From the NCBI RefSeq assembly GCF_009914755.1, contig NC_060945.1: a DNA stretch of 64,000 nt; one strand, written 5' to 3'. Origin of the DNA: the human T2T-CHM13v2.0 reference genome, Homo sapiens. The notes beneath the pieces are model-generated. The model was not told the origin of the DNA. It saw only the letters and a program-made list of their open reading frames with translations, and ran no database searches. Positions 15,301-27,922 of the stretch are shown piece after piece (the first letter of the stretch is position 1; every line of letters starts with the position of its first letter). Made by a program: the position numbers and the translations under genes.

Positions 15301-18300
15301 TGGAATTGAATGGAGTGGAATGGAATGGAATGGAATCAACCCGTATGGAATGGAACGGAATGGAATGGAAAGGAATGGAATGGAATGGAATGGAATGGAA
15401 CAGAATAGAATGGAATCAGCCCAAATGGGATGGAATGGAATGGAATGGAATGGAATGGAATGGAATGGAATGGAATGGAATGGAATTCTATGGAATCAAC
15501 CGTAGTGTAATGTAAATGAATGGAATATAATGGAATGGAATGGAAGGGAATGGAATCAACCCAAGTGCATTGGAATGGAATGGAATGCAACGGAATCAAC
15601 CCGAGAGTAATGGAATGGAAAGCAATTGAATGGAATGGAAAGGAATGGAATGGAATCAACCCGACAGGAATGGAATGGAATGGTATGGAATCAAACCGAG
15701 TGGAATGGAATGGAATGGAATGGAAAGGAATGCAATGGAATGGAATGGAAAGGAATGGAATGGAATGGAATGGAAAGAACCCGAATGGAAAGGAATGGAA
15801 TGGAATTGAATGGATTGGAATGGAATGGAATTGAATCAACCCGAGTGGAATGGAATGGAATCGAGTGGAGTTGAATGGAATGGAATGGAATGGAATAAAA
15901 TAAACCCGAATGGAATGGAATGGAATGGAATGGAATGGAATGGAATGGAATGGAAAGGAATCAACCTGAGTGGAGTGGAATGGAATGGAATTTCATGAAA
16001 TGGAATGGAATGGAATGGTATGGAATAAACACGAGTGGAATGGTATGGAATGCAAAGGAATGGAACGGAATGGAATGGAATAAAATGGAATGGAATGGAA
16101 TGGAATCAACTCGAGTGAAATGGAATGGAATGAAATGGAATGGAAAGGAATGAAATCAACCGGAGTGCAGTGGAATGGAATGGAGTAGAATGGAATGGAA
16201 TGGAATGGAATGGAATGGAATGGAATGGAATGGAATGGAATGGCATGGAATGGAATGCAATGGAATACAACAAAATGGAAACAACCCGTGTGGAATGGCA
16301 TGGAATGGAAAGGACTTGAATATAATGGAATGGATTGGTATCAACCCGATTAGAAATTAATGGAATGGAATGTAATAGAATTGAATGGAATGTAATAGAA
16401 TTAAATGGAATGGAATAGAATGGAATGGAACGGAACGGAATGGAATGGAATGGAATGGAATGGAATGGAATGGAATGGAATGGAATCTACACGAGTGGAA
16501 TGGAATGGAATGGAATTTAATGGAATGGAATGGAATAGAATGGTATGGAATCAACCCGAGTGGAATGGTAAAGAATGCAATGTAATGGAACGGAATAGAA
16601 TGGAATAAAATGGATTGGAATGGAATGGAAACAACCCGAGTTGAATGGCATGGAATGGAATGGAATAGAATGGAATGGAATGGAGTAACCGGAGTGGAAT
16701 GGAATGGAATGCAGTGTAATGGAATGGAATAGAATGGAATGGAATGAAATGGAATGGAATAGAATGAAATGGAAAGGAATGGAATAGAAACAACCCGAGT
16801 GGAATGGAAAGGAATGGAATCCACCCGAGTGGAATGGAATGCAATGGAATGGAACGGAATATAATGGAATTGAAAGGAATCATCCCGAGTGGAATGGAAT
16901 GGTATCTAATGCAATGGAGTGGAATGGAACAGAACGGAATGGAATGGAAAGAATAGATTGAATCCAAGTGGAATTGAATGGAATGAAATGGATTGGAAAG
17001 GAATGGAATGGATTGGTATGGAAAGGAATGGATTTAACCCGAGTGGAATGTAATGGATTGGAATGGAGTGGAATGGAATGGAATGGAATCAACACGAATG
17101 GAATGGAACGGAATGGAACGGAATGGAATGGAATGGTATGGAATGAAATAGAAAGGAACGGAATAGAATCAACCCAAGTGGAATGGAATTGAATGGAATG
17201 GAAGGGAATCAACACGAGTGGAATTGAATGGAAAGGAATGCAATGGAATGGAATGGAATGGAATGGAATGGAATGGAATCAACCCGAGTGGAATGGAATG
17301 GAATGGAATGCAATAGAATGGAATGGAATGGAATGGAATGGAATGGAATTCAATGGAATCAAACCGAGTGGAATGGAATGCTATGGAATGCAATGGAATG
17401 GAGTGGAACAGAACGGAATGGAATTGAATGGAATTGACTGAATCCGAGTGGAATTGAACGGAAGGGAATGCATTGGAATGGAATGGAAAGGATTCAACCC
17501 GAGTGGAATGAAATGGAATGGAGTGGAGTGGAAAGGAATGGTATGGATTGGAATGGAATGGAATGGAATCAACACAAAGGGAATGGAATGGAATGGAATA
17601 GAATGGAAAGGAATGGAATGGAATGGTATGGAATGCAATGTAATGGAATGGAATGGAATGAAATGGAATAAACCCGAATGTAATGGAATGGAATGGAATG
17701 GAACGGATTGGAATGGAATGGAATGGAATGGAATGGAATGGAATGGAGTGGAATGGAATGGAAATCAGTCAAACCGAGTGGAATGTAATGGAATGCAATG
17801 GAATGGAATGGAAAGAGTGCAAAGCAATGCTATCAAAGGGAATGAAATGCATTGGAATGGAATGGAATGGAATCACCCTGAGTGGAAAGGAATGCAGTGG
17901 AATGGAATGGAAAGGATGGAATGGAAAGGAAACTAATGGAACGGAATGGAAACAACCCGAGTGGCATGGAATGCATTGGAATGGAATGGAATGGAATGGA
18001 ATGGAATACAACAAAATGGAAACAACACGAGTGAAATGGCATGGAATGGAAATGACTTGAATATAATGGAATGGATTGGAATCAACCCGATTAGAAACTA
18101 ATGGAATGGAATGGAATGGAATGGAACGGAATGGAATCTACACATGTGGAATGGAAAGTAATGGAATTAAATGGATTGGAATGGAATGTAATGGAATGGA
18201 ACGGAATGGAATGGAATGGAATGGAATCTACCCGAGTGGAATGGAATGGAATGGAATTTCATGGAATGAAATGGAATAGAATGGTATGGAATCAACCCGA

Positions 18301-20106
18301 GTGGAATGGTAAAGAATGCAATGTAATGGAACGGAATGGAATGGAATAAAATGGAATGGAATGGAATGGAAACAACCCGAGTTGAATGGAATGGAATGGA
18401 ATGGAATGGAATAACCGGAGAAAAATGGAATGGAATGCAGTGTAATGGAATGGAATAGAATGGAATGGAATGGAAAGGAATGGAATAGAATGAAATGGAA
18501 AGGAATGGAATAGAAACAACCCGAGTGGAATGGAATGGAATGGATTCCACCCGAGTGGAATGGAATGGAATGGAATGGAAAGGAATACAATGGAATGGAA
18601 TGGAACCGTCCCGAGTGGAATGGAATGGTATGGAATGCAATAGAATGTAATGGAACAGAACGGAATGAAATGGAATGGAATAGATTGAATGCGAGTGGAA
18701 TTGAATGGAACGGAATGGATTGGAATGGAATGGAATGGATTGGAGTGGAATGGAATGGAATCAACACGAATGGAACGGAATGGAATGGCATGGATTGGAA
18801 AGGAACGGAATGGAATCAACCCAAGTGGAATGGAATGGAATGGAATCCACCCGATTGGAATGAAATGGAATGGAATGGAATGGAATGTATTGGAATCAAC
18901 TCGAGTGGAATGGAATGGAATGGAATGGAATGGAATGGAATGGAATGGAATGGAACAGAATCGAATCCAATGGAATCAACTGGAATGGAATGGAATGGAA
19001 TGGAATAAATCCGGGTGGAATGGAATGGAATGTAATGGAGTGCACTGGAATTGAATGGAGTGGAATGGAATGGAATGGAATGGAAAGGAATGGAATCAAC
19101 CCGTATGGAATGGAACGGAATGGAATGGAAAGGAAGGGAATGGAATGGAATGGAACAGAATAGAATGGAATCAGCCCGAATGGGATGGAATGGAATGGAA
19201 TGGAATAGAATGGAATGGAATGGAATGGAATGGAATGGAATGGAATGGAATTCTATGGAATCAACCGTAGTGTAATGTAAATGAATGGAATATAATGGAA
19301 TGGAATGGAAGGGAATGGAATCAACCCAAGTGCATTGGAATGGAATGGAATGCAACGGAATCAACCCGAGAGTAATGGAATGGAAAGGAATGGAATGGAA
19401 TGGAAAGAAATGGAATGGAATCAACCCGACAGGAATGGAATGGAATGGTATGGAATCAAACCGAGTGGAATGGAATGGAATGGAATGGAATGGAATGGAA
19501 TGGAATGGAATGGAATGGAATTTAATGGAGTGCTATGGAATCAACCCGAGTGGAATGGAATGGAATGGAATGGAATGGAATGGAATGGAATGGGATGGAA
19601 TGGAATGCAATGGAATGGAATGGAATGGAATGGAATGGAATGAACCCGAATGGAATGGAATGGAATGGAATTGAATGGATTGCAATGGAATGGAATTGAT
19701 TCAACCCGAGTGGAATGGAATGGAATCGAGTGGAGTTGAATGGAATGGAGTGGAATGGAATGGAATGGAATGGAATGAAATAAACCCGAATGGAATGGAA
19801 TGGAATGGAATGGAATGGAATGGAATGGAATGGAAAGGAATCAACCCGAGTGGAGTGGAATGGAATGGAATTTCATGAAATGGAATGGAATGGAATGGTA
19901 TGGAATAAACACGACTGGAATGGTATGGAATGGAACGGAATGGAATGGAATAAAATGGAATGGAATGGAATGGAATCAACTCGAGTGAAATGGAATGGAA
20001 TGAAATGGAATGGAAAGGAATGTAATCAACCGGAGTGGAGTGGAATGGAATGGAGTAGAATGGAATGGAATGGAATGGAATGGAATGGAATGGAATGGAA
20101 TGGAAT
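11186..20106 (+). repeat. Block A copy 1 (~8.9 kb)
   Basis: Ordered landmarks shared with A2 and A3: CCCGTGTGGAACAGATTGG, GGGCCCC, CCAGAGTTTAAAGG, ACTACAGGAACCGAAAAGAAAG, GAGTGCAAAGCAATGCTATC, CTACACATGTGG, GGAGTGCTATGG. Confidence 0.9.
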
Positions 20107-23100
20107 GCAATGGAACACAACAAAATGGAAAAAACCCGAGTGGAATGGCATGGAATGGAAAGGACTTGAATATAATGGAATGGATTGGTATCATCCCGAT
20201 TAGAAATTAATGGAATGGAATGGAATGGAAAGGAATGGAATGGAATGGAACCTACACAAGTGGAATGGAATGAAATGGAAATAAATGGAATGGAATAGAA
20301 TGGAAAGGAATGGAACGGAATGGAATGGAATGGAATGGAATCTACACGAGTGGAATGGAATGGAATGGAATTTAATGGAATGGAATGGAATAGAATGGTA
20401 TGGAATCAACCCGACTGGAATGGTAAAGAATGCAATGTAATGGAACGGAATGGAATGGAATAAAATGGAATGGAATGGAATGGAAACAACCCGAGTTGAA
20501 TGGAATGGAATGGAATAACCGGAGAGGAATGGAATGGAATGCAGGGTAATGGAATGGAATAGAATGGAATGGAATGGAATGGAATAGAATGAAATGGAAA
20601 GGAATGGAATAGAAACAACCCGAGTGGAATGGAATGGAATGGAATCCACCCGAGTGGAATGGAATGCAATGGAATTGAACGGAATATAATGGAATTGAAT
20701 AGAATCATCCTGAGTGGAATGGAATGGTATCTAATGCAATGGAGTGGAATGGAACAGAACTGAATGGGATGGAAAGAATAGATTGAATCCAAGTGGAATT
20801 GAATGGAATGAAATGGATTCGAAAGGAATGGAATGGATTGGAATGGATTGGAATGGAAAGGAATGGATTCAACCCGAGTGGAATGTAATGGATTGGAATG
20901 GAGTGGAATGGAATGGAATGGAATCAACACGAATGGAATGGAACGGAATGGAATGGAATGGTATGGAATGAAATAGAAAGGAACGGAATAGAATCAACCA
21001 AAGTGGAATGGAATGGAATGGAATGGAAGGGAATCAACACGAGTGGAATTGAATGGAAAGGAATGCAATGGAATGGAATGGAATGGAATGGAATGGAATG
21101 GAATGGAATTCAATGGAATCAACCCGAGTGGAATGGAATGCTATGGAATGCAATGGAATGGAGTGGAACAGAACGGAATGGAATTGCATGGAATTGATTG
21201 AATCCGAGTGGAATTGAACGGAAGGGAATGCATTGGAATGGAATGGAAAGGATTCAACCCGAGTGGAATGTAATGGAATGGAGTGGAGTGGAATGGAATG
21301 GTATGGATTGGAATGGAATGGAATGGAATGGAATCAACACAAAGGGAATGGAATGGAATGGAATAGAATGGAAAGGAATGGAATGGAATGGTATGGAATG
21401 TAATGTAATGGAATGGAATGGAATGAAATGGAATCAACCGGAATGGAATGGAATGGAATGGAATGGAAATGAATCAAACCGAGTGGAATGGAATGGAATG
21501 GAATGGAAACAATGCCATGCAATGGTATCAACGGGAATGGAATGCATTGGAATGGAATGGAATGGAATCACCCTGAGTGGATAGGAAAGGAATGGAAGGG
21601 AATGGAAAGGAATGGAATGGAATGGAAACTAATGGAAGGGAATGGAAACAACCCGAGTGGAATGGAATGGAATGGAATGGAATGGAATGGAATGGAATGG
21701 AATACAACAAAATGGAAACAACCCGAGTGGAATGGCATGGAATGGAAAGGACCTGAATATAATGGAATGGATTGGAATCAACCCGATTAGAAACTAATGG
21801 AATGGAATGGAATGGAATGGAATGGAATGGAATGGAATGGATTGGAATTTACCCGAATGGAATGGAATGTAATGAAATTAAATGGAATGGAAAGGAATGG
21901 AAAGGAATGGAATGGAATCTACACGAGTGGAATGGAATTGAATTGAATTTAATGGAATTGAACGGAATACAATGATATGGAATCAACCCGTGTGGAATGG
22001 TATAGAATGTAATGTAATGGAATGGAATGGAATAAAATGGAATGGACTGGAATGGAAACAAAACGAGTGGAACGGAATGGAATAACCTGAGAGGAATGGA
22101 ATGGAATGGAGTGGAATGGAATGGAATAGAATGGAATGGAATGGAATGGAATAGAATGAAATTGAAAGGAATGGAATGGAAACAACCCGTGTGGAATGGA
22201 ATGGAAAGGAATCAACCTGAAGGGTATGGAATGGAATGGAATGGAATGGAATGGAATGGAATGGAATGGAATCAACCAGAGTGGAATGCAATGGAATGAA
22301 ATGGAATTGAAATGAATGGAATGGAACGGAATGGAACGGAACGGAATTGAATCGAATGGAATCAACCCAAATTGAAAGGAATGGAATGGAATGGACTGGA
22401 ATGGAATGGAATGGAATGGAATGGAATGGAATGGATTGGAATGGATTCAACACAAATGGAATGGAATGGAACGGAATGGAATAGAATGGAAAGGAGTGGA
22501 ATGCAATTGAATGGAATGAAATGGAATAAACCCGAATGGAATGGAATGGAATGGAATGGAATGGAATTGAGTGGAATGGAATAAACACCAGTGGAATGAA
22601 ATGGAATGGAATGGAATGGAATGAAATCAACACGAGTAGAACGGAACGGAATGGAATGGAATGGAAAGGAATGGAATCAACTGGAATGGAATGAAATGGA
22701 ATGGAATGGAGTGGAATGTAATGGAATGCAATGGAATCAACAAGAGTGAAATGCAAAGGAATGGAATGGAATGGAATGGAATGGAATGGAATGGAATACA
22801 ACAAAATGGAAAGAACTCGAGTGGAATGGCAAGGAATGGAAAGGACTTGAATAAAATGGAATGGATTGGAATCAACCCGATTAGAAACTAGTGGAAAGGA
22901 ATGGAATGGAATGGAATCTGCCCGAGTGGAATGGAATGGAATGGAATTGAATGGAATGGAATGGAGTGGAATAGAATAGAATGGAATGGAATGGAACGGA
23001 ATGGAAGGGAATTGAATGGAATAGAATGGAATCGAATCTACCCGAGTGGAATGGAATGGAAAGGAATTTAATGGAATGGAAAGGAATGGAATGGAATGGA

Positions 23101-26100
23101 ATGGAATGGAATGGAATGGAATGGAATGGAATAAACACCAGTGGAATGAAATGGAATGGAATGGAATGGAATGCAATGGAATGGAATGGAATGGAGTGGA
23201 ATGGAATAAACACCAGTGGAATGAAATGGAATGGAATGGAATGGAATGCAATGGAATGGAATGGAATGGAATGGAATGGAATGGAATGGAATGGAAACTA
23301 CTGGAATGGAATGGAAACAACCCGAGTGGAATGGAATGCAATGGAATGGAATGGAATGGAATGACACGGAATGGAATGGAATGGACTGGAATGGAATTTA
23401 AAGGAATGGAATGGAACCAACCCGACTGGAATGGAATGGAATGTAAAGCAGTGAATGGAATGTAATGGAATGAAATGGAATGGAATGGAATGGTATGCAA
23501 TGCAGTGGAATGGATTTGAATGGAATGGAACGGAACGGAACGGAATGGAATGGAATGGAATGGAATGGAATGGAATGGAATGGACACCAATGGAATGGAA
23601 TGGAATGGAATGGAATTGAATGGAATGGAATGGAATGGATTGGAATGGATGGGAATGGAATGGAACGGAATTAACCGGAGTGGAATGCAATGGAATGGAA
23701 TGGAGTGGAATGGAATCAACCCGAGTGGAATGGAATGGAATGGAATGGAATGGAATGGAATGGAATGGAATGGAATCAACACGAATGGACTGGAACGGAA
23801 TGGAATGGAATGGATTGGAATGGAATGGAATGGAATGGAATGGAATAGTATGGTATGGAATGAAATGGAAAGGAACAGAATGGAATCAACCCAAGTGGAG
23901 TGGAATAGAATGGAATGGAAGGGAATCAATACGAGTCAAATGGAATGGAGTGGAATGCAATGGAATGGAATGGAATGAAATGAAATGGAATGTAATGGAA
24001 TGGAATGGAATTCAAGGGAATCAATCCGAGTGGAATGGAATGGTATGGAATGCAATGGAATGGAGTGGAACAGAACGGAATGGAATGGAATGGAATTGAT
24101 TGAATCCGAATGGAATTGAATGGAAGGGAATGCATTGGAATGGAATAGAAAGGATTCAACCCGAGTGGAAAGTAATGGATTGGAATGGAATGGAAAGGAA
24201 TAGAATGGAATCAACACAAATGGAATGGAATGGAATGGAATGGAAAGGAATGGATTGCAATGGAATGGAATGGAATGGAATGGAATGGAATGCAATGCAA
24301 TGGAATGGAATGGAATGCAATGCAATGGAATGGAATGGAATAAACCCGAATGGAATGGAATGGAATGGAATGCAATGCCATGGAATGGAATGGAATGGAG
24401 TGGAATGGAATAAACAGAAGTGGAATGAATTGGAATGGAATGAAATGGAATGGAATGGAATGGAATGGACTGGAATGAAATAAACCCGAGTAGAATGGAA
24501 CGGAATGGATTGGAATGGAAAGGAATTGAATAAACTGGAATGGAATGAAATGGAATGGAAGGGAGTGGAATGGAATGGAATACAATGGAATCAACACGAG
24601 TGGAATGCAATGCAACGGAAGGGAAAGGAATGGAATGGAACGGAACCAACCCGAGTGGAGTGGAATAAAGTGGAATGGAATGGAGTATGATCAACCTGAG
24701 TGGAACGGAATGCAATGGAATGGAATGGAATGGAATGGTTTCAATCAGAGTGGAATGGAATGGAATGGAATGGAACGGAATGGAATGCAATGGATGTAAC
24801 TGGAATGGAATGGAATGGAATGGAATGGAATGGAATGGAATGGAATGGAACGGAATCAACATGAGTCAAATGGAATGGAATGGAATGGAATGGAATGGAG
24901 TCAACACGAATGGACTGGAACGTAATGGAATGGAATGGAATGGAATGGTATGGTTTGGAATGAAATGGAAAGGAACGGAATGGAATCAACCCAAGTGGAG
25001 TGGAATAGAATGGAATGGAAGGGAATGAAGACGAGTCAAATGGAATGGAATGGAATGGAATGGAATGGAATGGAAAGGAATGGAATGCAATGAAATGGAA
25101 TGGAATGGAATGGAATGGAATGCAATGGAATGGAATGGAATTCAGTGAAATGGAATGGAATAGAATGGAATGGAATAGAATGGAATCTACTGTAATGGAA
25201 TGGAAACAACCAGAGTGGAATGGAATGGAATGGAATGGAATGGAATGGAATGGAATGGAATGGAATGGAAAGGAACGGAATGTAAAGGAATGGAATGGAA
25301 TCAACCCGACTGGAATGGAATGGAATGGAAAGGAATGAATGGAATGAATGGAATGGAATGGAATGGAATGGAATGGAATGGAATTGTATGGAATACAATG
25401 ATATGGAATTGAATGGAATGGAACGGAATGGAACGGAATGGAATGGAATGGACCCCAATGGAATGGAATGGAATGGAATGGATTGGAATGGAATGGAACG
25501 GAATTAACCCGAGTGGAATGGAATGGAATGGAATGGAGTGGAATGGAATGGAATGGAATGGAATGGAATGGAATGGAAAGGAATCAACCCGAGTGGAATG
25601 CAATGAAATGGAATGCAATGGAATGGAATGGTATGGAATCAACCCTAGTGAAATGGTATGGAATGGAATGGAATGGAACAGAATGGAATGGAATCATCCC
25701 GAATGGAATGGAAAGGAATGGAGAGGAATGGTACGGTATGGAATGGAATGGAAAGGAATCAACCCGAAGGTTATGGAATGGAATGCAATGGAATGGAATG
25801 GAATCAACCCGAGTGGAATGCAATCGAATAAAATGGAATGGAATGAAACGGAAAGGAACGGAATGGAACGGAATTGAAAGGAATGGAATCAAACCGAGTG
25901 GAAAGGAATGGAATGGAATGAAATGCAATGGTGTGGAATGGAACGGATAGGAATAACATGCAATCGACTTTAGTGGAATGGTATGGAATGGAATAATATG
26001 CAATCAACTTTGGTGGAATGGTATGGAATGGAATGGAAAGGAATGGAATGGAATGGAATAAAAGGGCATGGAATGGAATGAAATCAACCCGAATGGAATG

Positions 26101-26615
26101 GAACGGAATGGAGTAGAATGGTATAGAATGGAATGGAATGGAAAGGAATCAACCTGAAGGGTATGGAATGGAATGGAATGGAATGGAATTGAATTGAATG
26201 GAATGGAATGGAATCAACCAGAGGGGAATGCAATGAAATGAAATGGAATGGAATGGAACGGAAAGCAACGGAACGGAACGGAATTGAATGGAATGGAATG
26301 AACCCGAGTGGAAAGGAATGGAATGGAATGGAATGGAATGGAATAACATGCAATCAACTTTGGTGGAATGGTATGGAATGGAATGGAATGGAATGGAATC
26401 GAATGGAATGGAATCAACCCGAGTGGAATGCAATGGAATGAAAAGGAATGGAATGGAACGGAACGGAACGGAACGGAACGGAATTGAATGGAATGGAATC
26501 AACCCGAGGGGAAAGGAATGGAATGGAATGGAATGGAATGGAATGGAATGGAATGGAATAAAAGGGCATGGAATGGAATGGAATCATCCCGAGGGGAATG
26601 GAATGGAATGGAATG
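20107..26615 (+). repeat. Block B copy 1 (~6.5 kb)
   Basis: Starts GCAATGGAACACAACAAAATGGAAAAAACCCGAG. Contains CCTACACAAG, TGCAGGGTAA, ACTAGT (22887), GTATGATCAACC and GGTACGGTATGG. Ends after CATCCCGAGGGG. Confidence 0.9.
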
Positions 26616-27922
26616 GAATGAAATGGAAATGAATCAAACCGAGTGGAATTTAATGTAATATAATGTAATGGAATGGAATGGAAACAATGCAATGCAATGA
26701 TATCAACTGGAATGGAATGCATTGGAATGGAATGGAATGGAATCACCCTGAGTGGAAAGGAATAGAATGGAATGGAAAGGAATGTAATGGAATGGAAACT
26801 AATGGAACGGAATGGAAACCACCAGAGTGGAATGGAATGCAATGGAATGGAATCGAATGGAATGGAATGGAATGGAATGGAATGGAATGGAATGGAATGG
26901 AATAGAATACAACAAAATGGAAACAACCCGAGTGGAATGGCATGGAATGAAAAGGATTGAATATAATGGAATGGATTGGAATCAACCCGATTAGAAACTA
27001 ATGGAATGGAATGGAATGGAATGGAATGGAATGGAATGGAATGGAATGGAATGGAATGGAATCTAACCTAGTGGAATGGAAAGGAATGGAATTTAAAGAA
27101 ATGAAATGGAATGGAATGGAACAGAATTGAATGGAATGGAATGGAATGGAATCTACCCGAGTGAAATGGAATGGAATGGAATTTAATGGAATGGAATGGT
27201 ATAGAATGTAATGGAATCAACCCCAGTGGAATGGTATAGAATGTAATGTAATGGAATGGAATGGAATAAAATGGAATGGAATGGAAACAACCCGAGTGGA
27301 ATGGAATGGAATAACCGGAGAGGAATGGAATGGAATGGAGTGGAATGGAATGGAATAGAATGGAATAGAATGGAAAGGAATAGAATGAAATTGAAAGGAA
27401 TGGAATGGAAACCACCCGAGTGGAATGGAATGGAATGGAATGGAATGCAATGGAAACATCCCGAGTGGAATGGAAAGGAATGGAATGGAACGGAATATAA
27501 TGGAATGGAATGGAAACATCCCGAGTGGAATGGAATGGTATGGAATGCAATTGAATGGTATGGAACAGAACGGAATGAAATGGAATGCAATAGATTGCGA
27601 GTGGAATTGAATGGAATGGAATGGATTGGAATGGAATGGAAAGGATTGGAGTGGAATGGAATGGAATCAACAAGAATGGAATGGAAAGGAATGGAATGGA
27701 ATGGAATGGAATGGAATGGAATGGAATGGAATGGTAAGGAACAGAATGGAAACAACCCGAGTGGAATGGAATGGAATGGACTGTAATCCACCCGAGTGGA
27801 ATGGAATGTAATGGAATTGAACGGAATATAATGGAATTGAATGGAATCATCCCGAGTCGAATGGAATGGTATCTAATGCAATGGAATGGAATGGAATGGA
27901 ATGGAATGGAATGGAATGGAAT
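26616..27922 (+). repeat. Block C (~1.3 kb), single copy in this window
   Basis: Landmarks GCAATGATATC, ATCTAACCTAGTGG, TAGATTGCGAGTGG and GACTGTAATCCACCCG were not seen elsewhere in the window. The block is still GGAAT-based satellite. Confidence 0.8.

Noticed and set aside
21983-23929. Longest ORF (648 aa, minus strand, IPFHS repeats), plus all other MEWNG/IPFHS ORFs including 60690-62072 and 7233-8402
   Set aside because: (GGAAT)n and (ATTCC)n contain no stop codon in any frame, so long overlapping ORFs are expected on both strands. The equivalent regions in B2, B3 and B4 have different ORF boundaries because of 5 bp indels, so the frame is not conserved.
26616-27922. Single-copy block C as a possible insertion or mobile element
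   Set aside because: It is built from the same pentamers and cassettes as the rest. It has no target-site duplication, poly(A) tail, terminal repeats or Alu/L1 sequence, and it continues the usual motif order from B1.
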